Assembly: GCA_963514005.1 (NCBI GenBank)
Contig: OY740790.1
Span: 48,918,001 to 48,982,000 of the forward strand
Direction: 5' to 3'
Origin: Raja brachyura
Lineage: Eukaryota
Length of the DNA: 64,000 nt
Shown: positions 44,331 through 57,699 of the stretch, in pieces
How the letters are laid out: each line of letters begins with the position of its first letter
Numbering within the stretch: position 1 is the first letter of the stretch
Made by a program: the position numbers and the translations under genes
The notes under the pieces: model-generated
What the model was told of the DNA's origin: nothing
Databases searched by the model: none
What the model saw: only the letters and a program-made list of their open reading frames with translations

Positions 44331-45279
44331 ATTCAGTTACTGTAATCCCCCTTGCAGGCTTATTCTATCGGTTCTTATGCCTTGGACAAGGCTGATAAAT
44401 TAAGACGATCATATTGGGTGCAAGGCTAAATATGCAGGAAATGCAAAAGCCATTTAAAAATAGTTTTCAAAACCATTGAATATATTGGTTGGTGTTTATC
44501 AATATGACCATTGAATTATCCCATATAAGTGTTAAGATCATCCATTTAAAATTATATGACAGGTTTTAGGCTGGACTGAGTAAAAATCCTTCTCTTTTGC
44601 AATAAAATTAATTTGGGTGCTACATTAATTAAACTGTGTTACATTACTTCTCAAGTTATGAAGGAATCTTGTTTAAGCAAAGATTTATTATTCCAAAACT
44701 TAAAAAGGTATTCGTTTCTAAAATTCTTGTCAATTGGTAGGTCCATGGCTAGTTAGCCTGCAAATTAATTTTAGCAGAAAATTAGGAAATAAAGTTCTTT
44801 ATTTTGAAGGAATTTGTGCCCACATCAGAAATTGTGCCCAAAGTATGTTGGGCTTTTCTGTATTGTCCAAAAGAGAAGGTTTTTGTCGTAATGGTACAAG
44901 CCTTTTATATTTGAAATGAGGCAAGGTTTTCTATTCTGATCCAAAATGTTGCCTATTCCTTCCCTCCACAGACAGACACTCTCAGACACATAGGTTGATT
45001 GGCCTCCGACCACTGGCCTCAGAGCTTGATGAAAACAGAGGAGTTTAATAGCGGCAAATCTTTGGCATTGATGCCACTCCAATTCCTTCACTGGGAAAGA
45101 GAAAGTTCAAGTGTGTAGAAATCATATTGCACCTTAAAGCATAGGCTTATATATTTAATTGAGGGCTGTTTTGGAAAATGTTTTATTTATACATGCACAA
45201 AGTGATGAGACTGGTGCAGTTACTCGGAGTGAATATGCACAACTTGTGTGACTCTTAACCTACATATGATCTTGGTGTA

Positions 45280-45727
45280 AGTTCATAAGCCATTGGAGCA
45301 GAATTAGGCCATTTAGCCCATCGAGTCTAGTACGCCATTCAATCATGACTGATCTATCTTTCCATCTCAACCCCATTCCCCTGCCTTTTCGGCCATAACC
45401 TTTGATACCCTTACTAATTAAGAACCTGTCAATCTCCGTTTTAAAAATACCCAATGATTTGGCCTCCACGACCATCTGTAGCAATGAATTCCAGAGATTC
45501 ACCACCCTCTGACTAAATACATTCTTCCTCATCTCCTTTCTAAAGGTATGTCCTTTTATTCTGAGGCTGTGCCCTTTGGTCCTACAGTCTCCCACTAATG
45601 GAAACATCCTTTCCACATCCACTCTATCCAGGTCTTTCAATACTCGGTGGGTTTCAATGAGGTACCCCCTCATCCTTCTAAACTCCAGTGAGTACACGCA
45701 CAGTACCTTCAAACGCTCATCATACAA
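45280..45727 (-). mobile_element. CR1 LINE 3' fragment
   Basis: ORF 45260-45727: YDERLKVL..YSLEFRRMRGYLIET..FPL..TKGHSLRIKG..FSQRVVNLWNSL. Confidence 0.9.
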
Positions 45728-45734
45728 TCATGAT

Positions 45735-46035
45735 AGAAATAAGGAAATGCAGGTGCTGGCTTACAAAAAAAGACACAACAAGCTGAAGTAATTCAATGGG
45801 TTAGGCAGCATTCCTGGAGAACATGGAAATGTGATTTTTCGGTTTGGGACCCTTCTTCAGACTGGTTGTGGGTGGATGGGAGAAAGCTGGAAGAGAGGAG
45901 GGGCAGGACATATCGTGGCAGGGAATAGGTGAACATGGGCGAGGAGAGCTTATGACAGGCAAATGGTTGGACAAAGGCCAGAGATGAAAAAGCAGGTGTG
46001 AGACAAAAGAGTTGCAAATTGTGAAGCCAAAGGAA
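45735..46035 (-). mobile_element. Penelope 3' UTR / pseudo-LTR fragment
   Basis: AAGGAAATGCAGGTGCTGG..GGCAGCAT..TTTCGG..GACCCTTCTTCAGACT followed by a purine-rich tract like 56340-56450. Confidence 0.7.
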
Positions 46036-49000
46036 GGAAGAAAAGAATGATCTTGCTAGGCTGGAGATCTTGTCATGATGATTCTTAGTTGAGAGACATA
46101 ATTATGTCCGAATAGGCTCAAATGGTGAAAGTAATGGGAAGAAAGTGGTGAATGCACTTGTTTCCACAGTATGGTGATGGGATTAGAGATGAGGTGAGGA
46201 TCATTGTTGTCAGCTTCCACGCATTCCACAGCGAGGATGTCAACCTTGCGACCACTGCTGCATGCATGCCGGGCATCAGCCTTTGGTGCATCCTGCTCTT
46301 GATTCAAATTCCTGTTATGCACATTGCATGCCAGGAACAGCGGATGGCATTCAATCAGAGAGCACATTAAAACATGTTCCACGCAATTTAATTCCTGGAC
46401 CCATGAGTTTAAAAATGTGTATTTCATATTGTAATATTAATGTAAATTACTATTAGATATCATACCACATTATACCTAAAAGTAACATTCACATTTCATG
46501 GATTATTCAAAAGGTACTAAAGTGATCCTTCAGGCAATCTGCACATTTTTCAAAAATGAAACAGTCTCCAGTATTCTCAGTAAGAATACAACATCCATTG
46601 GGAAGTTTGATACCCTGAATCCACACCTAGAGTATGAATACTGAAATTAAAGTATTTATGGAAGCTTTATCCAATACAATGTAAAATCTAATAGAATGGT
46701 GAATGGAACAGATTTTAGCAAGATAGAACTCGGATGTACATGGCAGCAGCAAAATGTATTATTTGACAACATGATGCATAAACCCAAAGAACAATACAAA
46801 TGACTGGCATTCGGTTTATGCCATCGTTCATAGAAACAACCAAAATGGAGTAGAAAATAATGTGTTAACAAATAGAATTAAGGGCATTAAGCTTTTTAAC
46901 ACTTTTGATTTTAAATTAGCAAGGGACCAATCATCTATCGGATTTGTTGTTTTTTTGTGCTGTTATTCCCGACTGAGGGCTTAAATTAATAATAAAACAT
47001 TTCATGTCATCTGCTGTACTTCCATCCTCACTCCCAATATAACATTCTGCATTGTAATTTAATTTAAAACCAATTATGACAGTGTCTGTGTACATGGATG
47101 TGTTAGAAAATGACTTCAGTCATATTGAATTGATTGCTGCATAATTTACCTGATTCAGGTGATTAATTTGCAGATTCTGTTTTTGATGGTGCCAAGAATG
47201 GTGGAATTATTCGTAAGTTATCTGGTGAGGGTGATAAATTATGGAACATGCTCAACCTTAGGCGACTTAATCTCAAATTAATTAAGTAAAAAATTAGACC
47301 CTCTCCCCCAAAAAATCGATTGCAAAAAAACTGTACATAATATGGAGTGATGAGATTTTTTGAGTCATCTCCAACAGCAATAAAAGGCACGTTGTGGAAC
47401 TATCAATACTATTCACTTTATCAAATAAACATTACTGTGTGAAAACAATTTACTAAATGAAGGGAAGTTTTGACAAGGAGAATTTTTCATCAATAAAGGA
47501 CAGGACCACGAAGGGGAAGGATTTGTGACCCTAATATTACATTGCCAGTTGTATCTGCCAATACTAATCTTTGGATTTCAATTAAAAAAACAAGATTTAA
47601 AATAAACTTTGATCTGTGACCGACTTGCCTTCCCTGGAACATTCCGGAGGCCGCATCGAAAGGTCTTCGACAAGGGCAATAGCTCCCTTAATAGATTATT
47701 TAGGAATGGGATGGTGAAACAGTGTTGGTAACTTTTGACGCATTTTCCACTGGAATGTTTCCCCCAAGGAAATGATGGGCTTGGGAAGTTGAAGAACAGT
47801 TGTGTAACTGATTGCCACTAAAGCTTTAATGAACTTAAAGCAGTGTTTATTTGTTTAGAACATCCAGCAGCCAGAACACCTGTAAGAGGCTCCGTGTTTT
47901 ACATTTTGTTTTTAGATCATCTTCAAATTAGACCAGATTTTTCCATTTACATCAGATTTTCCATATTTAAATGTGGATTTAGAAAAGTATATTCTCAGAG
48001 GGGAACTGGTGAAATTGAATAACTAGATAGTACTTTCAAATGGGAACTGATTTCTTAAAGTATTAGACTCTGTATTAGACTCATGGAAATCAGTTTGTTT
48101 AAATTATTTTTATATCATTTCTGCATAATGGTATATAGCCAGATGGTGCTTATCATAAAAATAAACCATCTATATTTTAATAACTTCACAATACGCTACA
48201 TTTGCAATATTTCTCAGTCCTTTGGAACAGTCAGTCTGGAAGATTCCATGCAAGAGTGAATCAAGAGCCTGTTGATCACAGACCACATTTATGAAAGGAT
48301 TTAGAGTTTATTTCATTATTAGTCTCCGGAAGCTTAAATGTAAACCTAACAAATAACACCATTAATGCAAGAAATATCTAAAGCAAATTGAAGGACCACG
48401 CTGCCATTCCACAGAAATGGGACTAAATTAAAAACTTTGCAAAATAAAAATCAAATTACTAATTCACTGGAGTGGTAGCTAGAGATGTGGGCAGTTGGGT
48501 GGAGGCAGCGGAGCGTGGTGGTGGGGGGGGGGGGGGGTGGGGGTATGTTTATAACACTGTGCTCTTGATTAAGCCCTTCCAGTTCTCTGCGATTTTGCAT
48601 CAGATTTTCAGCCATTTCTTTCAGCTAGAGGGAGAGATTTAGAAATACTGTGCATCGCTCATTTCATCAGCTGGAGGCAAAGTTCAAATCCTTGTTGAAA
48701 AATAAAGATGGAAATTTATCAGGAATCTTTTCCACTTTTAAAATAATTACCTTTTTAAATTAAACTTTGCATGTGTGTTCAGATATGCTCAAGTCTCAAG
48801 GGGGGGGGGGTGAGATGGAGCAAATCATATTAAGAAAATACACAGAAATGCATGAATTTTGGCACTATTACTGATATTTCCTTAGTTGTCAGATATCTAG
48901 AAGGGCTGAGGGGAAGGTCACACATCAGCTAGGTGCTCCGAAGCAACCTCAAGGTTGTGCTTTTAGGTGGTGTTAAAAACCATCATCAACAGTGCCTCAA

Positions 49001-50666
49001 GTGGAATCATCTGGGCCCTGCCTATTCATTAGTGGTCACAGCTGTGCAGCCGTTCAATTACTTGAAAATAATAAGTACATTTAGTAGTGAATTAAATATT
49101 AATTAGTCTTCAGCGAGTTTCTTTTTAGCATTGGGGGCCAGAAATGGGACGTCTGGAGCTTGGGTTCCTGGTGCCAGAATGAGGAGCGACCGCAAAGTGT
49201 GCAAATATCTTTATTTGTTCTTGCTCTCTTTTTATATTCTACCTCTCACGCTCATCCCAAGGTGAAATAAAGGCAGACTTGAGAAGAGAGGACTAGCATG
49301 ATCTTGTGATTAAACAAAAGGATTCAGCCAACATGTGTAAAATTAAGTGATCAAGAGTTGATTACAGAGTATATTGATTGTGTACTGATGGATTAAATAG
49401 AGTCGTGATCTGGGTGAAATTCGAGGGAGAGAGAATTTACTAGTTAGCAAGGAGCTGCCGGCCCAGCCGCAGCTCTTCATACATTTTTGGAATAAATCTG
49501 TGGAGAATGCACAGAATTATAATCGATTATCCATTTCTCAAAGTCACTTAAGGGGCCAGAGCAACGAGCTAAGTGTGTGGGGCGACAATTCCTAGTCCAT
49601 ATGCATCGTCATGTGTGTGTGCTGGAGGGGTGGAAACAACACTGACCCTGCGTGCTGCAAGCTGATGAATCCATTTTCTTGTAGGAAATAGTTTTGACAA
49701 TCCAATATCTGTGTTTCGATATGTTCCCCCCAGGGAAAAGACACTGCCCCAGTCGCCCTTTCAAATTATAGGCATATCAGTATATCACTATCCTAACAGG
49801 CTGCCCTCCAAGTCAAGGACATAGGCGCTTAACTGTGGTGTGAATAATTTTTTTTATTATTTTTTTAAAGAGATTTTCTCTTAGCAAAACATCTTACAAG
49901 ATTTTGAAATTGCCCTACGGGATCAAATTAGATCTTGTAAGACATTGCAGGAAAACTGCTGCAAGATTTATGGTTCGCCTTATGGAACCCTACAGGATTT
50001 ATCCCACAGAATGAGAGTTTTGTACAGGATTTTGAATTGGTTTCAGTATTGCATTATTTGTACGTGCTATCTGTTTACCTAACATATCCTAATGATTTGA
50101 ATGGAGCAAATTGCCATTAGAAATTTCTAGCTTCCAAGCTGCAGTTCCTGTTAGGGAAATACAATAGTTTTTTTCAAGGAGCCTGATAGGCATTTCAGAA
50201 CTAATATTATATTTTGTAATGCTGACCTTTTTCAATGCATGGATCCACTATTACAACAGCTTGTTCATCCCGATGGCCCAGGGTGAATGGGTGCATTTTA
50301 ATGATACGCTGGGTTATGAACTGTTTGGAACGCAGGCTACCTTTTGTGATCCTCCCCGACTCAACGCCTGTTTAATTTAACTGTTATTTGTACCCGGCCT
50401 CAGCTGCTGTGGCTTGTGAGAAAACCTCTTCCCCTAGAGAATGTAAGGAAGGCCGGTGTCACTGGTGGCTGCTTTTAGTAACAGTGTAAAGGTAGATTGA
50501 GAACGGCTTTGGCAGAAGGCTAGAGAGCATTTATTTTTTCACCAGCCTCTGCCACGGAATAAGATTAAGACCTGGTTTGAAACTGATCCAAGCATGAACC
50601 TAAACCCAACCCCAGTGTGAGGGCTTTTTGATGTACAACCTGAACCCAACACACACACATAGTGAG

Positions 50667-50795
50667 TAGGAAGGAACTGCAGATGCTGGTTTAAACCGCA
50701 GATAGACACAAAAGGCTGAAGTAACTCAGCGGGACAGGCAGCATCTCTGGAGAGAAGGAAAAGGTGATGTTTCGGGTCAAGACCCTTCTTCAGAC
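50667..50795 (-). mobile_element. Penelope-derived short element with TSD
   Basis: ACACACATAGTGAG (50653-50666) / ACACATATAGTGAG (50794-50807). Hammerhead-like core at 50766-50793. Confidence 0.85.
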
Positions 50796-53700
50796 ACATA
50801 TAGTGAGGACCCGTCAGAGCTGGGTCAGAGAGCCAGCCTCAATAGTGGAGCTGTAGATATGAGAGATAGAGTCCTCTTGCCAGGCCACTAGCAGTCTCCA
50901 GGTGATTTGTGGGCCGTCAGTTCTATCTCGAACCACAGCAATGAACTCATAAGGAGCAGTCCAAGCCAATCCAACCTGAGCCCAGGGGCCTGCACCCAAT
51001 TGTTTTCACACTTGACCCAGCCTGAAGCTGACACATATATTCAGGTCCCATCGGTCTCAGTTCAGTTTGCCAAGGTTTGCATCCTCTTGGATAATTTGGT
51101 TTGGCCTCGGTAGATGAGGGCCTTAATAGAAAGGATTTGCTAGTAAATTGCTTGGAATTTTATAAAAGTAACTAAGGGGCAGATGGCCCATTTATCCAAA
51201 ACTAATAATACAATGATACAGCCACAGAATGGAAAGTGGGATATCACTGGCACGTATTAGGTGAGCCAGTGGTCAGATGTGCAGAAGGATCCAAATGATA
51301 TAATTTTCTACGCGTTTATTTGTATGTTTTATGAATGTTACATGTAAAAAGTAGACTGAATGAAGAAATAACATTTCCATTCAAAGAGATCCTAGCAAAG
51401 AATCAATCAATGGCTAACTGCATTGAATCTTCGATATATTTAGGGTGAAATATGTGCTGTATGGAAGAGTTTCAGCTATATATAGAAATTGTTTACCTTT
51501 GACATTATGCAGTATCAAAATCACAAGTAACAAAATCAAATCATTGCTTTAGACATCAAAACTATTATTACCTACTTATCGGAACAGTTACTGGATACAT
51601 TTACAGGATGGGAAGATGGGACATTTTACGCAGCAATGATGAAAGAAAATTTAATAATAGGATTCTGAGACGGGAAGAGGGAGATTTTAAAGAGAAAAAA
51701 TGAATTATAAAATAATGAAAATTTTCCCTTCAACAAAATATAGGTTCAACTGTAATTTTTGCAACTTTAGGTTATTGTGACATTGCCGTTCCAGATGGAG
51801 GCTCATGCAGGTTTTGTCAAATGTCTTTGGTTTAGAAATGAGTTAAATTGGGATCCCAAATTCATGTCAGGCATTGCCCATGTTTCCATTTGAAGTTTAT
51901 TTGGCAATTCAGAAAGCTCAGACATGGGTACTCATTGAAAAGGCACCCATTCGAAAACAGAGGGGTGAACAAGAGGAGAGCCAGAATTGGGGTAATAATG
52001 CATATTTCTAACCGACGGCCAAAGTTTCTGTGCTTGAAAGATTCGTGTCAGTGTCAGACTTTAGCCAAATGCACATGCGATTCCGCTTTTCCTTTCATAA
52101 ATTATAGTGCTTCCATTCTATACTTCAGTAAAGACAAAAAATTGCACTCCATCACCGTCTTGCCTGGCTTTTAGCGGTATTGATCACGCTGGTACCTAGT
52201 TTACTGAGGCAGTTAAGTGTGGCATCTTATTTTGCGCTGGGATAAATGAAAAGAATATTAGTACGCTGACTTTTCATCCAGTTTTATTGAATCTTTTGAG
52301 CAGCTGCCCTTTCGTGTAATGACATCGCTGACAGGGTCCTCATTAAGGCCCAGACAGTAATTGTGATGCATCTACTGTCCGACATTTTCATTGAGTTTTA
52401 GATCTATGGAGCGGTAGGATGTATGGATTCGCTCAGTTTCTCAAATTAATACACAACTCGATCCATCAGAGCCCCTTCCATGCTCTTTCATCTTCCCTGT
52501 CCCCAGAGGTCCATACGCGGTAATGTGGAGCATCATTCTCCCAGACAACTACACAATGTCTCTTTTCTCCTGCTCCTTATTTATTCAATGTTTCTGAGCA
52601 AACACGCCAGATAAAGTTGTCAGGCTTTATTAAAGAGGCCCCTGATGAAGTATTTATGAAAATCTTAATCAGCTAGCGCCAGTCCGACGGGGAAAAAAGG
52701 CAACGGAAGTGAGCTTTGATAAAAGAACTAAAAGGCAACAAAACATTAATATAGGATTGCATTGATTTCCAAGATTTAAAAAAAACATGTTCATCTGCCG
52801 GTTAGGATCTCAGTGCAAATGTTTACTGAAGCTGCTTTTAAAAAATGCATTGAACTTGTTTTCTCTTGTAATATGAACTAAACCCGGGTTATCATGTTCA
52901 GATTCAAGTATCGAAAGCTGAGAAAATATTAAGATGTGTAAAATTTGTAATATTTTTTAATTAGTTGATTGCAAATGATCACATTAAAAGCTTCATATTT
53001 TTTGTCACTCACTGTCCTGTACAATAACTTCTATCTACATTAATCCTTTTGTGAAATTTAACCATCAAAGTGCCTATGCTAAATACAATCTTTAATAATA
53101 ATTATTGCTAAAATGATTCTGCTCTTTACAAATTTTTTGGGGGTTAAGAGAATACTTATAATTTGATTGGTAAGTAGTAATATTGACAGCAGCAAGGGCA
53201 ATGATTGGGAGGAGTTACTTAGCCTGACATTAGTGTGAAAAAAGTGAACAAGTATATGCATCAGTGAAGCTAAATTGCTCCTGGGTTAATCACCACCTCT
53301 TCTGATGGAAATTTACCTACTTCATCTCAAAGTGCCCAATAACTCATGTACGAAACTCCTGGTATACCACAATATATAAATACCCACAGTGGCTGATTTT
53401 CATGTGCCTGGCACCCTGGGCTATCTGAAAAAATAGGTTGGTCAACGTTTTTGGAAAAATGCATTATTCCTGCTTTTATGCCTTTATGCTTATGCTTTAT
53501 TTATGCTTATGCTTGTTGGCCGCCAGAGCCGATTCCATTGTTGCTTCAGTTACAAACTGGGACATAACTAATATTTTTCACTGTTCGAAGATCTCAATTA
53601 AATTTTTGGAATCAATGGCAAGAGAACCAGTTATTTTTCAAAAAAATGATCTAGATACCATTATTTTGATGTAAACGTTTGCAGGGCCAAAAGGATCAAA

Positions 53701-54529
53701 TAAATCTGCTCTATGAACCAAAAAAATCAGTGTCGGTGTCCTTACTTCTCACTCCTCCACCTCACCTTCCAGTGCTTACATTTAACTGTTCAGCTCCTGG
53801 TTCAGCTCAGTTCATTGGGTTCTTAGAACCATCAATCAGCAAGTTGCCTTCAAATTCAACTGTGACTTAACTATGAAAATAGTTCAAGTCCCTCAGTGGT
53901 GTACTTAGTTAGGTGATGAAATCACTCATCTCACTGCACTGTCGATGAAGTTGAAAATAATTAGGTTCTGGTCCAGTTTAAACGTTTTTTATAAACAGCA
54001 TCACAACGAGTTCTTGGTAATGATCATGATGCTTTTTGGGGGATACTGTCATATGGCGGCTAGGGACAACATTAAGCAATTAATTTTAGAACAGAGAAAA
54101 TAATTTCTGACAAATACATTAAATGTGTGAATCGTTCTATCTCCTGATGTGATTTAAAAACCTTTGGCTTTGTAAGTTTGTTTTGAAATGATTCCAGCTG
54201 TTGGAACTTTACTCTAATAAAATGCCAATAGATAAAAGTGAAAGACTGCTGGACATTTCATCAGGGGATTTTACAGGCTTCAATTTAAAAAAAATGCAGA
54301 GTGGGAACTGCTGGGATTTTAGTGACAGAGCAGAATCTTGGTGAATTCAAGAGGATGGGTGACCTGATTGAAAGGACAGCCATCTCAAGATAAATACGTT
54401 TTTGTAATATAACACAGACCTGTATTTATTAAACTAATAACTGGAGGTTAAAATATGAGGCATATAGAGTTGACACTTAGTGGAGCTTATACTGCTGTAG
54501 TTTAATTCAGTGCTGTATACCTGTATACA

Positions 54530-54730
54530 CAGAGACATGTCTGTACACACACTGCACTTCTACATAAAGAAAAATGTGTATGCACACACACATACACGCA
54601 CATTATATATGTCTAAATATATATCTACACACATATATGAACATTCAGAATTTTCTATACAATCATACAAATGTATGTCTGCACTCAAACCCACGCATAT
54701 ACAAAGGCACATGGACAAACACAAATATAA
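54530..54730. repeat. Degenerate (CA/TA)n low-complexity tract
   Basis: ACACACACATACACGCACATTATATATGTCTAAATATATATCTACACACATATATG. Confidence 0.6.
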
Positions 54731-55706
54731 GATTATAATATTTTGAGCTTTTAAACAAGCTGAACGCACAATGTCCATAGCCTTCACAACTGTTGATAAT
54801 TCACTAGTTATATTTGTCAGATCACTAATATTGAAGGCTAACATGTGACTAAAGAAGATACACCAGCAAAGAAGAAGGGATGAAAAGAACAACGTTATTG
54901 ATCCCAAATGTAAAAGGAGATAAGCAATAAAGAAAGATTAGAGACTTAATCTCTACCGACTAGGAAAAGGATTGTTAAGCAACTGACTTCATTAAAATAT
55001 TTATTAAAATACTATTTTATCAAATTATTACTTTAAAATGTAAATCACACAATACAATGAAAAATAATACATTTAACATGGATATTAGAGACATTTTATT
55101 CCACAAGTAATGAGAATTGCCAGTGATAGAAGCCAAAGCTTGAATTGTGTTTAACACTGCCTTATCCTTCCCTTGTTGTAGGGAGGAGTTTTGTGAGGAC
55201 ATATTCTGTTTGTGACGCTGAGCCTTGTTGCATTTTGGAGAATATTTTTGGAATAGCCCAATCTCTTGCGCATTTGTTTTGTCTGTAAATATTTTATGGA
55301 GAGCGAAACAGAGTTTAAATTTCAGATTAATGACCCTTCATCAGATCTGGACCTTAAATGTTGTCTTTGTTACTCTCTCCACATATGCTGCAGGAGAACC
55401 CGCAATATTTGTATTTCAGTTTACTAGCATTAGCATTTTTTTTTTTGCATTTTATCTGCTTTAGTTATTAATTCCTTGCTACAAGATCTTGTAAAAACTG
55501 GGCTTCCACAACAGATGATAAAAACTTAAAAACATTTTTAAAACTTAAAACTTCCAATGTTAGGTATCTGGGGGAAAAAAAGGTTGGTAATAGGTAGATA
55601 GCAAATCAACCAGCAGCAAAGGTAAACAGACAAATTAATTGAACTGCAACTGTGAAAGAGAGCAAAGGTTATCTCAGTAGTATAGAGGAAACTCAAACAA
55701 AGACTG

Positions 55707-55837
55707 CTGAAGAAGAAGGGTCTCGACCCAAAACGTCATCTATTCCTTTTCTCCAGAGATGCTGCCTGGCCTGCTGAGTTACTCCAGCTTTTTGTATCTA
55801 TCTTCAGTTTAAACAAGCATCTGCAGTCCTTCCTACA
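55707..55837 (+). mobile_element. Penelope-derived short element
   Basis: CTGAAGAAGAAGGGTCTCGACCCAAAACGTC..GCATCTGCAGTCCTTCCTACA. Confidence 0.82.
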
Positions 55838-56251
55838 TGATATAATATAACTTCTGCCTCAATCTTCTGCCAAAATCCAATGCTGTTGGCAAGCTCGCAA
55901 GCATTTCAGCAAGACTTGTAAAATCAATCATTGACACAGATGTAAACAGGTAGCAGTTAATTCTAATTTGTTGCCTGTATTGCTGCATTGTTTCAGTCGT
56001 CTCCTCATGGCATCCAATATAACAAGGCCCATGTTTAGCTCTTTGCATCTACGTTGTCATATCTGGCTTCTGAGCCTTAAACCCAGTGCAAACATAATAG
56101 TCCCGTTCAAACACCTGAGAGAACGGTCAGATGAAAGTTAAGGAGAGATTTTTGTTTAATTTATTTCAGTTCAAAGTTTTAAATTGTTTTTAAGTACAGA
56201 ACTATTTTGTACGGCACAGTACAGTTTCAAAACCACTTTTATTTGATTTAA

Positions 56252-57322
56252 ATAGACAAAAAGTGCTGGAGAAACTCATTGGGTGAGGCATCTATGGAGA
56301 AACGGAGTAGGCGACGTTTCGGGTCGAGATCCTTCTTCAGACTGATGTCGGGTGGGGGGATGGGGGCGAGAAAAGGAAAGGAAAAGGCGGAGATAGTAGG
56401 CTGTGGGAGAGCTGGGAAGGGGGAGGGAAAGGAGTGAGAAAGCAAGGACTACCTGAAATTAGAGAAGTCAAATGTTCATACCGCTGGGGTGTAAACTACC
56501 CAAGCGAAATATGAGGTGATGTTCCTCCAATTTGTGCTGGGCCTCACTCTGGTAATGGAGGAGGCCCAGGACAGAAAGGTCAGGTTCAGAATGGAAGCGG
56601 GAGTTGAAGTGCTTGGCAACCGGGAGATCAGGTTGGCTAGTACGGACTCAGTGGAGGTGTTGGGCGAAGTGGTCTCTGAGCCTACGCTTGGTCCCGCCGA
56701 TGTAGAAAAGGAAACCTATGACAGCGGATGCAGTAGATGAAGTTGGAGGAGTTGTAGGTGAACCTCTGCCTCACCTGGAAAGACTGTTTGGGTCCTTGGA
56801 TGGAGTCGAGGGGGGAAGTAAAGCGACAAGAGGGGGGAGGTAAATCGGCGGTTGCAGGATAAAGTACCAGGGGAGGGGGTGGTCTGGGTGGGAAGGGACG
56901 ATTTGACCAGAGAGTTAAGGAGGGAATGGTCTCTACGGAAAGCAGAACGGGGAGGAGATGGGAAGATGTGGCCAGTGGTAGGATCTCGCTGGAGGTGGCG
57001 AAAATGTTGGAGGATTATATTTTGTAAGCGTTGGCTGATGGGGTGAAAGGTGAGGACAAGGGGGATTCTGTCCTTGTTACGAATAGGGGGATGGGGAGTA
57101 AGAGTGGATCTGCGGGATATAGAGGAGACCTTGGTGAGAGCCTCATCTATAATTGAAGAGGGGAACCAACGTTTCCTAAAGAATGAGGACATCTCCGATG
57201 CCCTGGTCTGGAACACCTCACCCTGGGTGCAAATGCGGCGTAGACGGAGGAACTGGGAGTAGGGGATGGAGTCCTCACAGGAAACAGGGTGGAAAGAAGT
57301 GTAGTCATGATAGCTGTGGGAG
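56252..57322 (-). mobile_element. 5'-truncated Penelope-like element: RT thumb/linker, GIY-YIG endonuclease (pseudogene) and 3' UTR with hammerhead core
   Basis: SIPYSQFLRLRRIC; ORF 56716-57216 (..RIPLVLTFHP..AFRRDHSL..LV); frameshifted SSNFIYCIRC..YIGGTKRRLRDHFAQH..LPVAKHFN..EEHHLIFRLGSLHPSGMN. TSD TATTTGATTTAA (56240-56251) / TATTTGTTTTAA (57323-57334). Confidence 0.92.
56308..56345 (-). ncRNA. Putative minimal hammerhead ribozyme motif in the Penelope 3' UTR
   Basis: Minus strand: CAGT-CTGAAGA-A-GGAT-ctcg-ACCC-GAAAC-GTC-GCCTA (core 56313-56340). One mismatch in stem II. Confidence 0.55.
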
Positions 57323-57516
57323 TATTTGTTTTAAGATGATTTTAAATGTTTGTCACTGCCCAAAGCCATTCACATTGTTCCATAAGAGTTACAGCTTTGT
57401 TAGCTGGTGAGCCTTTGGTGGGGCAGTTCCTGTTGCCAAAGCTATGCCATGAGTACTGCCAGTCAATTGTGCAAGTCAGCCCCTGTGGTACACAACATCA
57501 ACTTGTAATAGATAAT

Positions 57517-57699
57517 AGTAGAAACAAGGAACTGCAGATGCTTACACAAAATAACTCAAAGTGCTGGAGTAACTCTGCAGGTCAGGCAGCATCTTGCTCA
57601 GGCTCCTCTCTGATTTATTCCAGCATGTTCAACCTGCCTAGAGAAAAGGAATAGGTGACGTTTCAGGTCGAGACCCTTTTTCTGAGTCACTCCAGCATT
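57517..57699. mobile_element. Penelope-derived rearranged/inverted element with 14-bp TSD
   Basis: TTGTAATAGATAAT at 57503-57516 and 57700-57713. Family segments occur in both orientations. Confidence 0.82.

Noticed and set aside
777-57699. Recurrent GAAGGGTCTCGACCCGAAAC palindromic unit as a CRISPR repeat
   Set aside because: Copies are dispersed, in both orientations, TSD-flanked and embedded in Penelope sequence. There is no spacer array, there are no cas genes, and the context is eukaryotic.
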